Assembly (NCBI GenBank): GCA_964016885.1
Contig: OZ024741.1
Coordinates: 409,014,001 to 409,078,000, forward strand
Direction of reading: 5' to 3'
From: Eledone cirrhosa
Lineage: Eukaryota
DNA: 64,000 nucleotides
A program made the position numbers and the translations under genes. Below are positions 13,001-25,600 of this stretch, one piece after another. The notes under the pieces were generated by a model. That model made no database searches. It had not been told where the DNA came from and saw only the letters and a list, made by a program, of their open reading frames with translations. Within the stretch, counting starts at the first letter, position 1, and the number at the start of each line of letters is the position of its first letter.

Positions 13001-16000
13001 ACCTATTTTAAAAGGAAGACTGTGTACCTATTTTAAAAGGGAGAGTGTACCTATTTTAAAAGGAAGACTGTACCTATATAAAAAGGAAGACTGTACCTAT
13101 TTTAAAAGGGAGACTGTGTACCTATTTAAAAAGGGAGACTGTACCTATTTTAAAAGGAAGACTGTACCTATTTTAAAAGGAAGACTGTGTACCTATTTTA
13201 AAAGGGAGACTGTGTACCTATTTTAAAAGGAAGACTGTGTACCTATTTTAAAAGGGAGACTGGGTACCTATTTTAAAAGGAAGACTGTGTACCTATTTTA
13301 AAAGGGAGACTGTACCTATTTTGAAAGGAAGACTGTGTACCTATTTTAAAAGGAAGACTGTACCTATTTTAAAAGGAAGACTGTACCTATTTTAAAAGGA
13401 AGACTCTACCTATTTTAAAAGGAAGACTGTACCTATTGTAAAAGGAAGACTGTACCTATTTTAAAAGGAAGACTGTGTACCTATTTTAAAAGGAAGACTG
13501 TACCTATTTTAAAAGGGAGACTTTGTACCTATTTTAAAAGGAAGACTGTACCTATTTTAATAGGAAGACTGTGTGCCTATATTAAAAGGGAGACTGTGTA
13601 CGTATTTTAAAAGGAAGACTGTGTACCTATTTTAAAAGGGAGACTTACCTATTTTAAAAGGAAGACTGTACCTATTTTAAAAGGAAGACTGTACCTATTT
13701 TAAAAGGAAGACTGTGTACTTATTTTAAAAGGGAGACTGTACTTATTTCATAAGGAAGACTCTACCTATTTTAAAAGGAAGACTGTACCTATTTTAAAAG
13801 GAAGACTGTGTACCTATTTTAAAAGGAAGACTGTACCTATTTTAAAATGAAGACCGTGTACCTGTTTTAAAAGGGAGACTGTGTACCTATTTTAAAAGGG
13901 AGACTCTACATATTTTAAAAGGAAGACTGTGTACCTATTTTAAAAGGGAGACTGTACCTATTTTAAAAGGAAGACTGTGTACGTATTTTAAAAGGGAGAC
14001 TGTGTACCTATTTTAAAAAGAAGACTATACCTATTTTAAAAGGAAGACTCTACCTATTTTAAAAGGAAGTCTGTGTACCTATTTTAAAAGGGAGACTGCA
14101 CCTATTTTAAAAGGGAGATTGTACCTATTTTAAAAGGAAGACTGTACCTATTTTAAAAGGAAGACTGTACCTATTTTAAAAGGGAGACTGTACCTATTTT
14201 AAAAGGAAGACTGTACCTATTTTAAAAGGAAGACTGTGTACCTATTTTAAAAGGGAGACTGTACCTATTTTAAAAGGAAGACTGTACCTATTTTAAAAGG
14301 AAGACTGTGTACCTATTTTAAAAGGGAGACTGTACCTATTTTAAAAGGAAGACTGTACCTATATAAAAAGGAAGACTGTACCTATTTTAAAAGGGAGACT
14401 GTGTACCTATTTTAAAAGGGAGACTCTACATATTTTAAAAGGAAGACTGTGTACCTATTTTAAAAGGAAGACTGTACCTATTTTAAAAGGAAGATTGTGT
14501 ACCTATTTTAAAAGAGAGTCTGTAACTATTTTAAAAGGAAGACTCTACTTATTTTAAAAGGAAGACTGTACCTATTTTAAAAGGGAGACTGTGTACCTAT
14601 TTTAAAAGGGAGACTGTACCTATTTTAAAAGGAAGACTGTGTACCTGTTTTAAAAGGGAGACTGTACCTATTTTAAAAGGGAGACTCTACCTATTTTAAA
14701 AGGAAGACTGTACCTATTTTAAAAGGAAGACTGTACCTATTTTAAAAGGAAGACTGTGTACCTATTTTAAAAGGGAGACTGTACCTATTTTAAAAGGAAG
14801 ACTGTACCTATATAAAAAGGAAGACTGTACCTATTTTAAAAGGGAGACTGTGTACCTATTTTAAAAGGGAGACTGTACCTATTTTAAAAGGAAGACTGTA
14901 CCTATTTTAAAAGGAAGACTGTGTACCTATTTTAAAAGGGAGACTGTGTACCTATTTTAAAAGGAAGACTGTGTACCTATTTTAAAAGGGAGACTGGGTA
15001 CCTATTTTAAAAGGAAGACTGTGTACCTATTTTAAAAGGGAGACTGTACCTATTTTGAAAGGAAGACTGTGTACCTATTTTAAAAGGAAGACTGTACCTA
15101 TTTTAAAAGGAAGACTGTACCTATTTTAAAAGGAAGACTGTGTACCTATTTTAAAAGGGAGACTGTGTAGCTATTTTAAAAGGAAGACTGTGTACCTATT
15201 TTAAAAGGGAGACTGTACCTATTTTAAAAGGAAGACAGTGTACCTATTTTAAAAGGAAGACTGTACCTATTTTAAAAGGAAGACTGTACCTATTTTAAAA
15301 GGAAGACTGTACCTATTTTAAAAGGAAGACTGTGTACCTATATTAAAAGGGAGACTGTACCTATTTTAAAAGGAAGACTCTACCTATTTTAAAAGGAAGA
15401 CTGTGTACCTATTTTAAAAGGGAGACTGTACCTATTGTAAAAGGAAGACTGTACCTATTTTAAAAGGAAGACTGTGTACCTATTTTAAAAGGAAGACTGT
15501 ACCTATTTTAAAAGGAAGACTTTGTACCTATTTTAAAAGGAAGACTGTACCTATTTTTAAATGAAGACTGTGTACCTGTTTTAAAAGGGAGACTGTGTAC
15601 CTATTTTAAAAGGGAGACTGTGTACCTATTTTAAAAGGAAGACTTACCTATTTTAAAAGGAAGACTGTGTACCTATTTTAAAAGGGACACTGTACCTATT
15701 TTAAAAGGAAGACTGTGTACGTATTTTAAAAGGGAGACTGTACCTATTTTAAAAAGAAGACTGTACCTATTTTAAAAGGAAGACTCTACATATTTTAAAA
15801 GGATGACTGTGTACCTATTTTAAAAGGGAGACTGCACCTATTTTGAAAGGGAGACTGTACCTATTTTAAAAGGAAGACTGTACCTATTTTAAAAGGAAGA
15901 CTGTACCTATTTTAAAAGGAAGACTGTGTACCTATATTAAAAGGGAGACTGTGTACGTATTTTAAAAAGAAGACTGTGTACCTATTTTAAAAGGGAGACT

Positions 16001-16820
16001 TACCTATTTTAAAAGGAAGACTGTACCTATTTTAAAAGGAAGACTGTACCTATTTTAAAAGAACGACTGTGTACCTATTTTAAAAGGGAGACTGTACCTA
16101 TTTTAAAAGGAAGACTCTACCTATATTAAAAGGAAGACTGTACCTATTTTAAAATGAAGACTGTGTACCTATTTTAAAAGGAAGACTGTACCTATTTTAA
16201 AATGAAGACTGTGTACCTGTTTTAAAAGGGAGACTGTGTACCTATTTTAAAAGGGAGACTGTGTACCTATTTTAAAAGGAAGACTTACCTATTTTAAAAG
16301 GAAGACTGTGTACCTATTTTAAAAGGAAGACTTACCTATTTTAAAAGGAAGACTGTGTACGTATTTTAAAAGGGAGACTGTGTACCTATTTTAAAAAGAA
16401 GACTGTACCTATTTTAAATGGAAGACTCTACCTATTTTAAAAGGAAGACTGTGTACCTATTTTAAAAGGGAGACTGCACCTATTTTAAAAGGGAGATTGT
16501 ACCTATTTTAAAAGGAAGGCTGTACCTATTTTAGAAGGAAGACTGTGTACCTATTTTAAAAGGAAGACTGTACCTATTTCAAAAGGAAGACTATGTACCT
16601 ATTTTAAAAGGGAGACTGTTTACCTATTTTAAGAGGAAGAAGATACCTATTTTAAAAGGAAGACCGTGTACCTATTTTAAAAGGGAGACTGTACCTATTT
16701 TAAAAGGAAGACTGTACCTATTTTAAAAGGAAGACTGTACATATTTTAAAAGGAAGACTGTGTACCTATTTTAAAAGGGAGACTGTGTACCTATTTTAAA
16801 AGGAAGACTGTACCTATTTT
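7100..16820 (+). repeat. Segmental duplication of ~7100-10450 at ~13450-16820 (offset 6346, then 6371)
   Basis: AATAGG..GTGCC 7213/13559, TGGGTACC 8649/14995 and GTAGCT 8821/15167 are offset by 6346. AACGAC 9691/16062 and GACTGTTT 10243/16614 are offset by 6371, after one extra 25-bp monomer near 15520. Confidence 0.88.
11700..15150 (+). repeat. Tandem duplication, period ~1733-1734 bp
   Basis: AATAGG 11826/13559 (1733) and TGGGTACC 13261/14995 (1734). A 1-bp deletion near 11880 explains the difference. Confidence 0.87.
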
Positions 16821-17859
16821 AAAAGGAAGACTGCACCTATTTTAAAAGGAAGATTGTGTACCTATTTTAAAAGAGAGACTGTACCTATTTTAAAAGGAAG
16901 ACTGTACTTATTTTAAAAGGAAGACTGTACCTATTTTAAAAGGGAGACTGTGTACCTATTTTAAAAGGGAGACTGTACCTATTTTAAAAGGAAGACTGTG
17001 TACCTGTTTTAAAAGGGAGACTGTATCTATTTTAAAAGGGAGACTGTACCTATTTTAAAAGGGAGACTGTACCTATTTTAAAAGGAAGACTGTACCTATT
17101 TTAAAAGGAGGACTGTGTAACTATTTTAAAAGGAAGGCTGTGTACCTATTTTAAAAGGGAGACTATGTACCTATTTTAAGAGGAAGCAGATACCTATTTT
17201 AAAAGGAAGACTGTGTACCTATTTTAAAAGGGAGACTGTACCTATTTTAAAAGGAAGACTGTATCTATTTTAAAAGGAAGACTGTACCTATTTTAAAAGG
17301 AAGACTGTGTACCTATTTTAAAAGGGAGACTTACCTATTTTAAAAGGGAGACTTACCTATTTTAAAGGGAAGACTGTACCTATTTTGAAAGGAAGACTGT
17401 GTACCTATTTTAAAAGGGAGACTGTACCTATTTTAAAAGGAAGACTCTACCTATTTTAAAAGGAAGACTGTACCTATTTTAAAAGGAAGACTGTGTACCT
17501 ATTTTAAAAGGAAGACTGTACCTATTTTAAAATGAAGACTGTGTTCCTGTTTTAAAAGGGAGACTGTACCTATTTTAAAAGGGAGACTCTACCTATTTTA
17601 AAAGGAAGACTGTACCTATTTTAAAAGGAAGACTGTACCTATTTTAAAAGGAAGACTGTACCTATTTTAAAAGGAAGACTGTGTACGTATTTTAAAAGGG
17701 AGATGTACCTATTTTAAAAAGAAGACTGTACCTATTTTAAAAGGAAGACTCTACATATTTTAAAAGGAAGACTGTGTACCTATTTTAAAAGGGAGACTGC
17801 ACCTATTTTAAAAGGGAGACTGTACCTATTTTAAAAGGAAGACTGTACCTATTTTAAAA

Positions 17860-20800
17860 GGAAGACTGTACCTATTTTAAAAGGAAGACAGTGTACTTAT
17901 TTTAAAAGGAAGACTGTGTACCTATTTTAAAAGGGAGACTATGTACCTATTTTAAGAGGAAGCAGATACCTATTTTAAAAGGAAGACTGTGTACCTATTC
18001 TAAAAGGGAGACTGTACCTATTTTAAAAGGAAGACTGTATCTATTTTAAAAGGAAGACTGTACCTATTTTAAAAGGAAGACTGTGTACCTATTTTAAAAG
18101 GAAGACTGTACCTATTTTAAAATGAAGACTGTGTACCTGTTTTAAAAGGGAGACTGTACCTATTTTAAAAGGAAGACTCTACCTATTTTAAAAGGAAGAC
18201 TGTACCTATTTTAAAACGAAGACTGTACCTATTTTAAAAGGGAGACTGTGTACCTATTTTAAAAGGGAGACTGTACCTATTTTAAAAGGAAGACTGTGTA
18301 CGTATTTTAAAAGGGAGATGTACCTATTTTAAAAAGAAGACTGTACCTATTTTAAAAGGAAGACTCTACATATTTTAAAAGGAAGACTGTGTACCTATTT
18401 TAAAAGGGAGACTGCACCTATTTTAAAAGGGAGACTGTACCTATTTTAAAAGGAAGACTGTACCTATTTTAAAAGGAAGACTGTACCTATTTTAAAAGGA
18501 AGACTGTGTACTTATTTTAAAAGGAAGACTGTGTACCTATTTTAAAAGGAAGACTATGTACCTATTTTAAGAGGAAGCAGATACCTATTTTAAAAGGAAG
18601 ACTGTGTACCTATTTTAAAAGGGAGACTGTACCTATTTTAAAAGGAAGACTGTACCTATTTTAAAAGGAAGACTGTGTACCTATATTAAAAGGGAGACTG
18701 TGTACGTATTTTAAAAGGAAGACTGTGTACCTATTTTAAAAGGGAGACTTACCTATTTTAAAAGGAAGACTGTACCTATTTTAAAAGGAAGACTGTACTT
18801 ATTTTAAAAGGAAGTCTGTGTACCTATTTTAAAAGAGAGACTGTACCTATTTTAAAAGGAAGACTCTACCTATTTTAAAAGGAAGACTGTACCTATTTTA
18901 AAAGGAAGACTGTGTACCTATTTTAAAAGGAAGACTGTACCTATTTTAAAATGAAGACTGTGTACCTGTTTTAAAAGGGAGACTGTGTACCTATTTTAAA
19001 AGGGAGACGGTGTACCTATTTTAAAAGGAAGACTGTACCTATTTTAAAATGAAGACTGTGTACCTGTTTTAAAAGGGAGACTGTGTACCTATTTTAAAAG
19101 GGAGACTGTGTACCTATTTTAAAAGGAAGACTTACCTATTTTAAAAGGAAGACTGTGTACCTATTCTAAAAGGGAGACTGTACCTATTTTAAAAGGAAGA
19201 CTGTGTACGTATTTTAAAAGGGAGACTGTGTACCTATTTTAAAAAGAAGACTGTACCTATTTTAAAAGGAAGACTCTACCTATTTTAAAAGGAAGACTGT
19301 GTACCTATTTTAAAAGGGAGACTGCACCTATTTTAAAAGGGAGATTGTACCTATTTTAAAAGGAAGACTGTACCTGTTTTAGAAGGAAGACTGTACCTAT
19401 TTTAAAAGGAAGACTGTGTACCTATTTTAAAAGGAAGACTTACCTATTTCAAAAGGAAGACTATGTACCTATTTTAAAAGGGAGACTGTGTACCTATTTT
19501 AAGAGGAAGAAGATACCTATTTTAAAAGGAAGACTGTGTACCTATTTTAAAAGGGAGACTGCACCTATTTTAAAAGGGAGATTGTACCTATTTTAAAAGG
19601 AAGACTGTACCTATTTTAGAAGGAAGACTGTACCTATTTTAAAAGGAAGACAGTGTACTTATTTTAAAAGGAAGACTGTGTACCTATTTTAAAAGGGAGA
19701 CTATGTACCTATTTTAAGAGGAAGCAGATACCTATTTTAAAAGGAAGACTGTGTACCTATTTTAAAAGGGAGACTGTACCTATTTTAAAAGGAAGACTGT
19801 ATCTATTTTAAAAGGAAGACTGTACCTATTTTAAAAGGAAGACTGTGTACCTATTTTAAAAGGAAGACTGTACCTATTTTAAAATGAAGACTGTGTACCT
19901 GTTTTAAAAGGGAGACTGTACCTATTTTAAAAGGGAGACTCTACCTATTTTAAAAGGAAGACTCTACCTATTTTAAAAGGAAGACTGTACCTATTTTAAA
20001 ACGAAGACTTACCTATTTTAAAAGGGAGACTGTGTACCTATTTTAAAAGGGAGACTGTACCTATTTTAAAAGGAAGACTGTGTACGTATTTTAAAAGGGA
20101 GATGTACCTATTTTAAAAAGAAGACTGTACCTATTTTAAAAGGAAGACTCTACATATTTTAAAAGGAAGACTGTGTACCTATTTTAAAAGGGAGACTGCA
20201 CCTATTTTAAAAGGGAGACTGTACCTATTTTAAAAGGAAGACTGTACCTATTTTAAAAGGAAGACTGTACCTATTTTAAAAGGAAGACTGTGTACTTATT
20301 TTAAAAGGAAGACTGTGTACCTATTTTAAAAGGAAGACTATGTACCTATTTTAAGAGGAAGCAGATACCTATTTTAAAAGGAAGACTGTGTACCTATTTT
20401 AAAAGGGAGACTGTACCTATTTTAAAAGGAAGACTGTACCTATTTTAAAAGGAAGACTGTGTACCTATATTAAAAGGGAGACTGTGTACGTATTTTAAAA
20501 GGAAGACTGTGTACCTATTTTAAAAGGGAGACTTACCTATTTTAAAAGGAAGACTGTACCTATTTTAAAAGGAAGACTGTACTTATTTTAAAAGGAAGTC
20601 TGTGTACCTATTTTAAAAGAGAGACTGTACCTATTTTAAAAGGAAGACTCTACCTATTTTAAAAGGAAGACTGTACCTATTTTAAAAGGAAGACTGTGTA
20701 CCTATTTTAAAAGGAAGACTGTACCTATTTTAAAATGAAGACTGTGTACCTGTTTTAAAAGGGAGACTGTGTACCTATTTTAAAAGGGAGACGGTGTACC

Positions 20801-21430
20801 TATTTTAAAAGGAAGACTGTACCTATTTTAAAATGAAGACTGTGTACCTGTTTTAAAAGGGAGACTGTGTACCTATTTTAAAAGGGAGACTGTGTACCTA
20901 TTTTAAAAGGAAGACTTACCTATTTTAAAAGGAAGACTGTGTACCTATTTTAAAAGGGAGACTGTACCTATTTTAAAAGGAAGACTGTGTACGTATTTTA
21001 AAAGGGAGACTGTGTACCTATTTTAAAAAGAAGACTGTACCTATTTTAAAAGGAAGACTCTACCTATTTTAAAAGGAAGACTGTGTACCTATTTTAAAAG
21101 GGAGACTGCACCTATTTTAAAAGGGAGATTGTACCTATTTTAAAAGGAAGACTGTACCTATTTTAGAAGGAAGACTGTACCTATTTTAAAAGGAAGACTG
21201 TGTACCTATTTTAAAAGGAAGACTTACCTATTTCAAAAGGAAGACTATGTACCTATTTTAAAAGGGAGACTGTGTACCTATTTTAAGAGGAAGAAGATAC
21301 CTATTTTAAAAGGAAGACTGTGTACCTATTTTAAAAGGGAGACTGCACCTATTTTAAAAGGGAGATTGTACCTATTTTAAAAGGAAGACTGTACCTATTT
21401 TAGAAGGAAGACTGTACCTATTTTAAAAGG
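17860..21430 (+). repeat. Tandem duplication, period ~1762-1785 bp
   Basis: GACAGTGTACTT 17887/19649, AAAACGAAG 18216/20001 and GACGGTGT 19008/20792. Confidence 0.85.
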
Positions 21431-22650
21431 AAGACTGTGTACCTATTTTAAAAGGAAGACAATACCTATTTTAAAATGAAGGCTGTGTACCTGTTTTAAA
21501 AGGGAGACTGTGTACCTATTTTAAAAGGGAGACTGTGTACCTATTTTAAAAGGGAGACTGTGTACCTATTTTAAATGGAAGACTGTACCTATTTGAAAAG
21601 GAAGACTCTACCTATTTTAAAAGGAAGACTGTATCTATTTTAAAAAGAAGACTGTACCTATTTTAAATGGAAGACTGTACCTATTTTAAAAGGAAGACTG
21701 TGTACCTGTTTTAAAAGGGAGACTGTGTACCTATTTTAAAAGGGAGACGGTGTACCTATTTTAAAAGGAAGACTGTACCTATTTTAAAATGAAGACTGTG
21801 TACCTGTTTTAAAAGGGAGACTGTGTACCTATTTTAAAAGGGAGACTGTGTACCTATTTTAAAAGGAAGACTTACCTATTTTAAAAGGAAGACTGTGTAC
21901 CTATTTTAAAAGGGAGACTGTACCTATTTTAAAAGGAAGACTGTGTACGTATTTTAAAAGGGAGACTGTGTACCTATTTTAAAAAGAAGACTGTACCTAT
22001 TTTAAAAGGAAGACTCTACCTATTTTAAAAGGAAGACTGTGTACCTATTTTAAAAGGCAGACTGCACCTATTTTAAAAGGGAGATTGTACCTATTTTAAA
22101 AGGAAGACTGTACCTATTTTAGAAGGAAGACTGTACCTATTTTAAAAGGAAGACTGTGTACCTATTTTAAAAGGAAGACTTACCTATTTCAAAAGGAAGA
22201 CTATGTACCTATTTTAAAAGGGAGACTGTGTACCTATTTTAAGAGGAAGAAGATACCTATTTTAAAAGGAAGACTGTGTACCTATTTTAAAAGGGAGACT
22301 GCACCTATTTTAAAAGGGAGATTGTACCTATTTTAAAAGGAAGACTGTACCTATTTTAGAAGGAAGACTGTACCTATTTTAAAAGGAAGACTGTGTACCT
22401 ATTTTAAAAGGAAGACAATACCTATTTTAAAATGAAGGCTGTGTACCTGTTTTAAAAGGGAGACTGTGTACCTATTTTAAAAGGGAGACTGTGTACCTAT
22501 TTTAAAAGGGAGACTGTGTACCTATTTTAAATGGAAGACTGTACCTATTTGAAAAGGAAGACTCTACCTATTTTAAAAGGAAGACTGTATCTATTTTAAA
22601 AAGAAGACTGTACCTATTTTAAATGGAAGACTGTACCTATTTTAAAAGGA
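20740..22650 (+). repeat. Tandem duplication, period 956 bp
   Basis: GACGGTGT 20792/21748 and GACAATACC 21460/22416, both offset by 956. Confidence 0.85.
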
Positions 22651-25600
22651 AGATTGTGTACCTATTTTAAAAGAGAGACTGTACCTATTTTAAAGGGAAG
22701 ACTGTACTTATTTTAAAAGGAAGACTGTACCTATTTTAAAAGGGAGACTGTGTACCTATTTTAAAAGGGAGACTGTACCTATTTTAAAAGGAAGTCTGTG
22801 TACCTATTTTAAAAGGGAGACTCTACCTATTTTAAAAGGAAGACTGTACCTATTTTAAAAGGAAGACTGTACCTATTTTAAAAGGAAGGCTGTGTACCTA
22901 TTTTAAAAAAGAGACTGTGTACCTATTTTAAAAGGGAGACTTACCTATTTTAAAAGGAAGACTCTACCTATATAAAAAGGAAGACTGTACCTATTTTAAA
23001 AGGGAGACTGTGTACCTATTTTAAAAGGGAGACTGTACCTATTTTAAAAGGAAGACTGTACCTATTTTAAAAGGAAGACTGTGTACCTATTTTAAAAGGG
23101 AGACTGTGTACCTATTTTAAAAGAAAGACTGTGTACCTATTTTAAAAGGGAGACTGTGTACCTATTTTAAAAGGAAGACTGTGTACCTATTTTAAAAGGG
23201 AGACTTACCTATTTTGAAAGGAAGACTGTGTACCTATTTTAAAAGGAAGACTGTGTACCTATTTTAAAAGGGAGACTGTGTACCTATATTAAAAGGGAGA
23301 CTGTGTACGTATTTTAAAAGGAAGACTGTGTACCTATTTTAAATGGGAGACTGTACCTATTTGAAAAAAAAGACTGTACCTATTTTAAAAGGAAGACCGT
23401 ACCTATTTTAAAAGGAAGACTGTGTACTTATTTTAAAAGGGAGACTGTACCTATTTTAAAAGGAAGACTGTGTACCTATTTTAAAAGGAAGACTGTACCT
23501 ATTTTAAAAGGGAGACTTTGTACCTATTTTAAAAGGAAGACTGTACCTATTTTAAAAGGAAGACTGTACCTATTTTAAAAGGAAGACTGTACCTATTTTA
23601 AAAAGAAGACTGTACCTATTTTAAAAGGAAGACTGTACCTATTTTAAAAGGAAGATTGTGTACCTATTTTAAAAGAGAGACTGTACCTATTTTAAAAGGA
23701 AGACTGTACTTATTTTAAAAGGAAGACTGTACCTATTTTAAAAGGGAGACTGTGTACCTATTTTAAAAGGGAGACTGTACCTATTTTAAAAGGAAGACTG
23801 TGTACCTGTTTTAAAAGGGAGACTGTACCTATTTTAAAAGGGAGACTGTACCTATTTTAAAAGGGAGACTGTACCTATTTTAAAAGGAAGACTGTACCTA
23901 TTTTAAAAGGAAGACTGTGTACCTATTTTAAAAGGAAGGCTGTGTACCTATTTTAAAAGGGAGACTATGTACCTATTTTAAGAGGAAGCAGATACCTATT
24001 TTAAAAGGAAGACTGTGTACCTATTTTAAAAGGGAGACTGTACCTATTTTAAAAGGAAGACTGTGTACCTATTTTAAAAGGAATACTGTACCTATTTTAA
24101 AAGGAAGACTGTGTACCTATATTAAAACGGAGACTGTGTACGTATTTTAAAAGGAAGACTGTGTACCTATTTTAAAAGGGAGACTTACCTATTTTAAAAG
24201 GAAGACTGTACCTATTTTAAAAGGAAGACTGTACCTATTTTAAAAGGAAGACTGTGTACCTATTTTAAAAGGGAGACTGTACCTATTTTAAAAGGAAGAC
24301 TCTACCTATTTTAAAAGGAAGACTGTACCTATTTTAAAAGGAAGACTGTGTACCTATTTTAAAAGGAAGACTGTACCTATTTTAAAATGAAGACTGTGTA
24401 CCTGTTTTAAAAGGGAGACTGTGTACCTATTTTAAAAGGAAGACTGTGTACCTATTTTAAAAGGGAGACTGCACCTATTTTAAAAGGGAGATTGTACCTA
24501 TTTTAAAAGGAAGACTGTACCTATTTTAGAAGGAAGACTGTACCTATTTTAAAAGGAAGACTGTGTACCTATTTTAAAAGGAAGACTTACCTATTTCAAA
24601 AGGAAGACTATGTACCTATTTTAAAAGGGAGACTGTGTACCTATTTTAAGAGGAAGAAGATACCTATTTTAAAAGGAAGACTGTGTACCTATTTTAAAAG
24701 GGAGACTGCACCTATTTTAAAAGGGAGATTGTACCTATTTTAAAAGGAAGACTGTACCTATTTTAGAAGGAAGACTGTACCTATTTTAAAAGGAAGACTG
24801 TGTACCTATTTTAAAAGGAAGACAATACCTATTTTAAAATGAAGGCTGTGTACCTGTTTTAAAAGGGAGACTGTGTACCTATTTTAAAAGGGAGACTGTG
24901 TACCTATTTTAAAAGGGAGACTGTGTACCTATTTTAAATGGAAGACTGTACCTATTTGAAAAGGAAGACTCTACCTATTTTAAAAGGAAGACTGTATCTA
25001 TTTTAAAAAGAAGACTGTACCTATTTTAAATGGAAGACTGTACCTATTTTAAAAGGAAGACTGTGTACCTATTTTAAGAGGAAGACTGTACCTATTTTAA
25101 AATGAAGACTGTGTACCTGTTTTAAAAGGGAGACTGTGTACCTATTTTAAAAGGGAGACGGTGTACCTATTTTAAAAGGAAGACTGTACCTATTTTAAAA
25201 TGAAGACTGTGTACCTGTTTTAAAAGGGAGACTGTGTACCTATTTTAAAAGGGAGACTGTGTACCTATTTTAAAAGGAAGACTTACCTATTTTAAAAGGA
25301 AGACTGTGTACCTATTTTAAAAGGGAGACTGTACCTATTTTAAAAGGAAGACTGTGTACGTATTTTAAAAGGGAGACTGTGTACCTATTTTAAAAAGAAG
25401 ACTGTACCTATTTTAAAAGGAAGACTCTACCTATTTTAAAAGGAAGACTGTGTACCTATTTTAAAAGGGAGACTGCACCTATTTTAAAAGGGAGATTGTA
25501 CCTATTTTAAAAGGAAGACTGTACCTATTTTAGAAGGAAGACTGTACCTATTTTAAAAGGAAGACTGTGTACCTATTTTAAAAGGAAGACTTACCTATTT

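Noticed and set aside
23360-23375. A8-A9 run as a retroposon poly(A) tail (also near 26775, 28798, 32209, 34212, 54318, 56319, 61913)
   Set aside because: It is a GG-to-AA variant within a normal-length monomer, propagated by duplication, with no inserted sequence.
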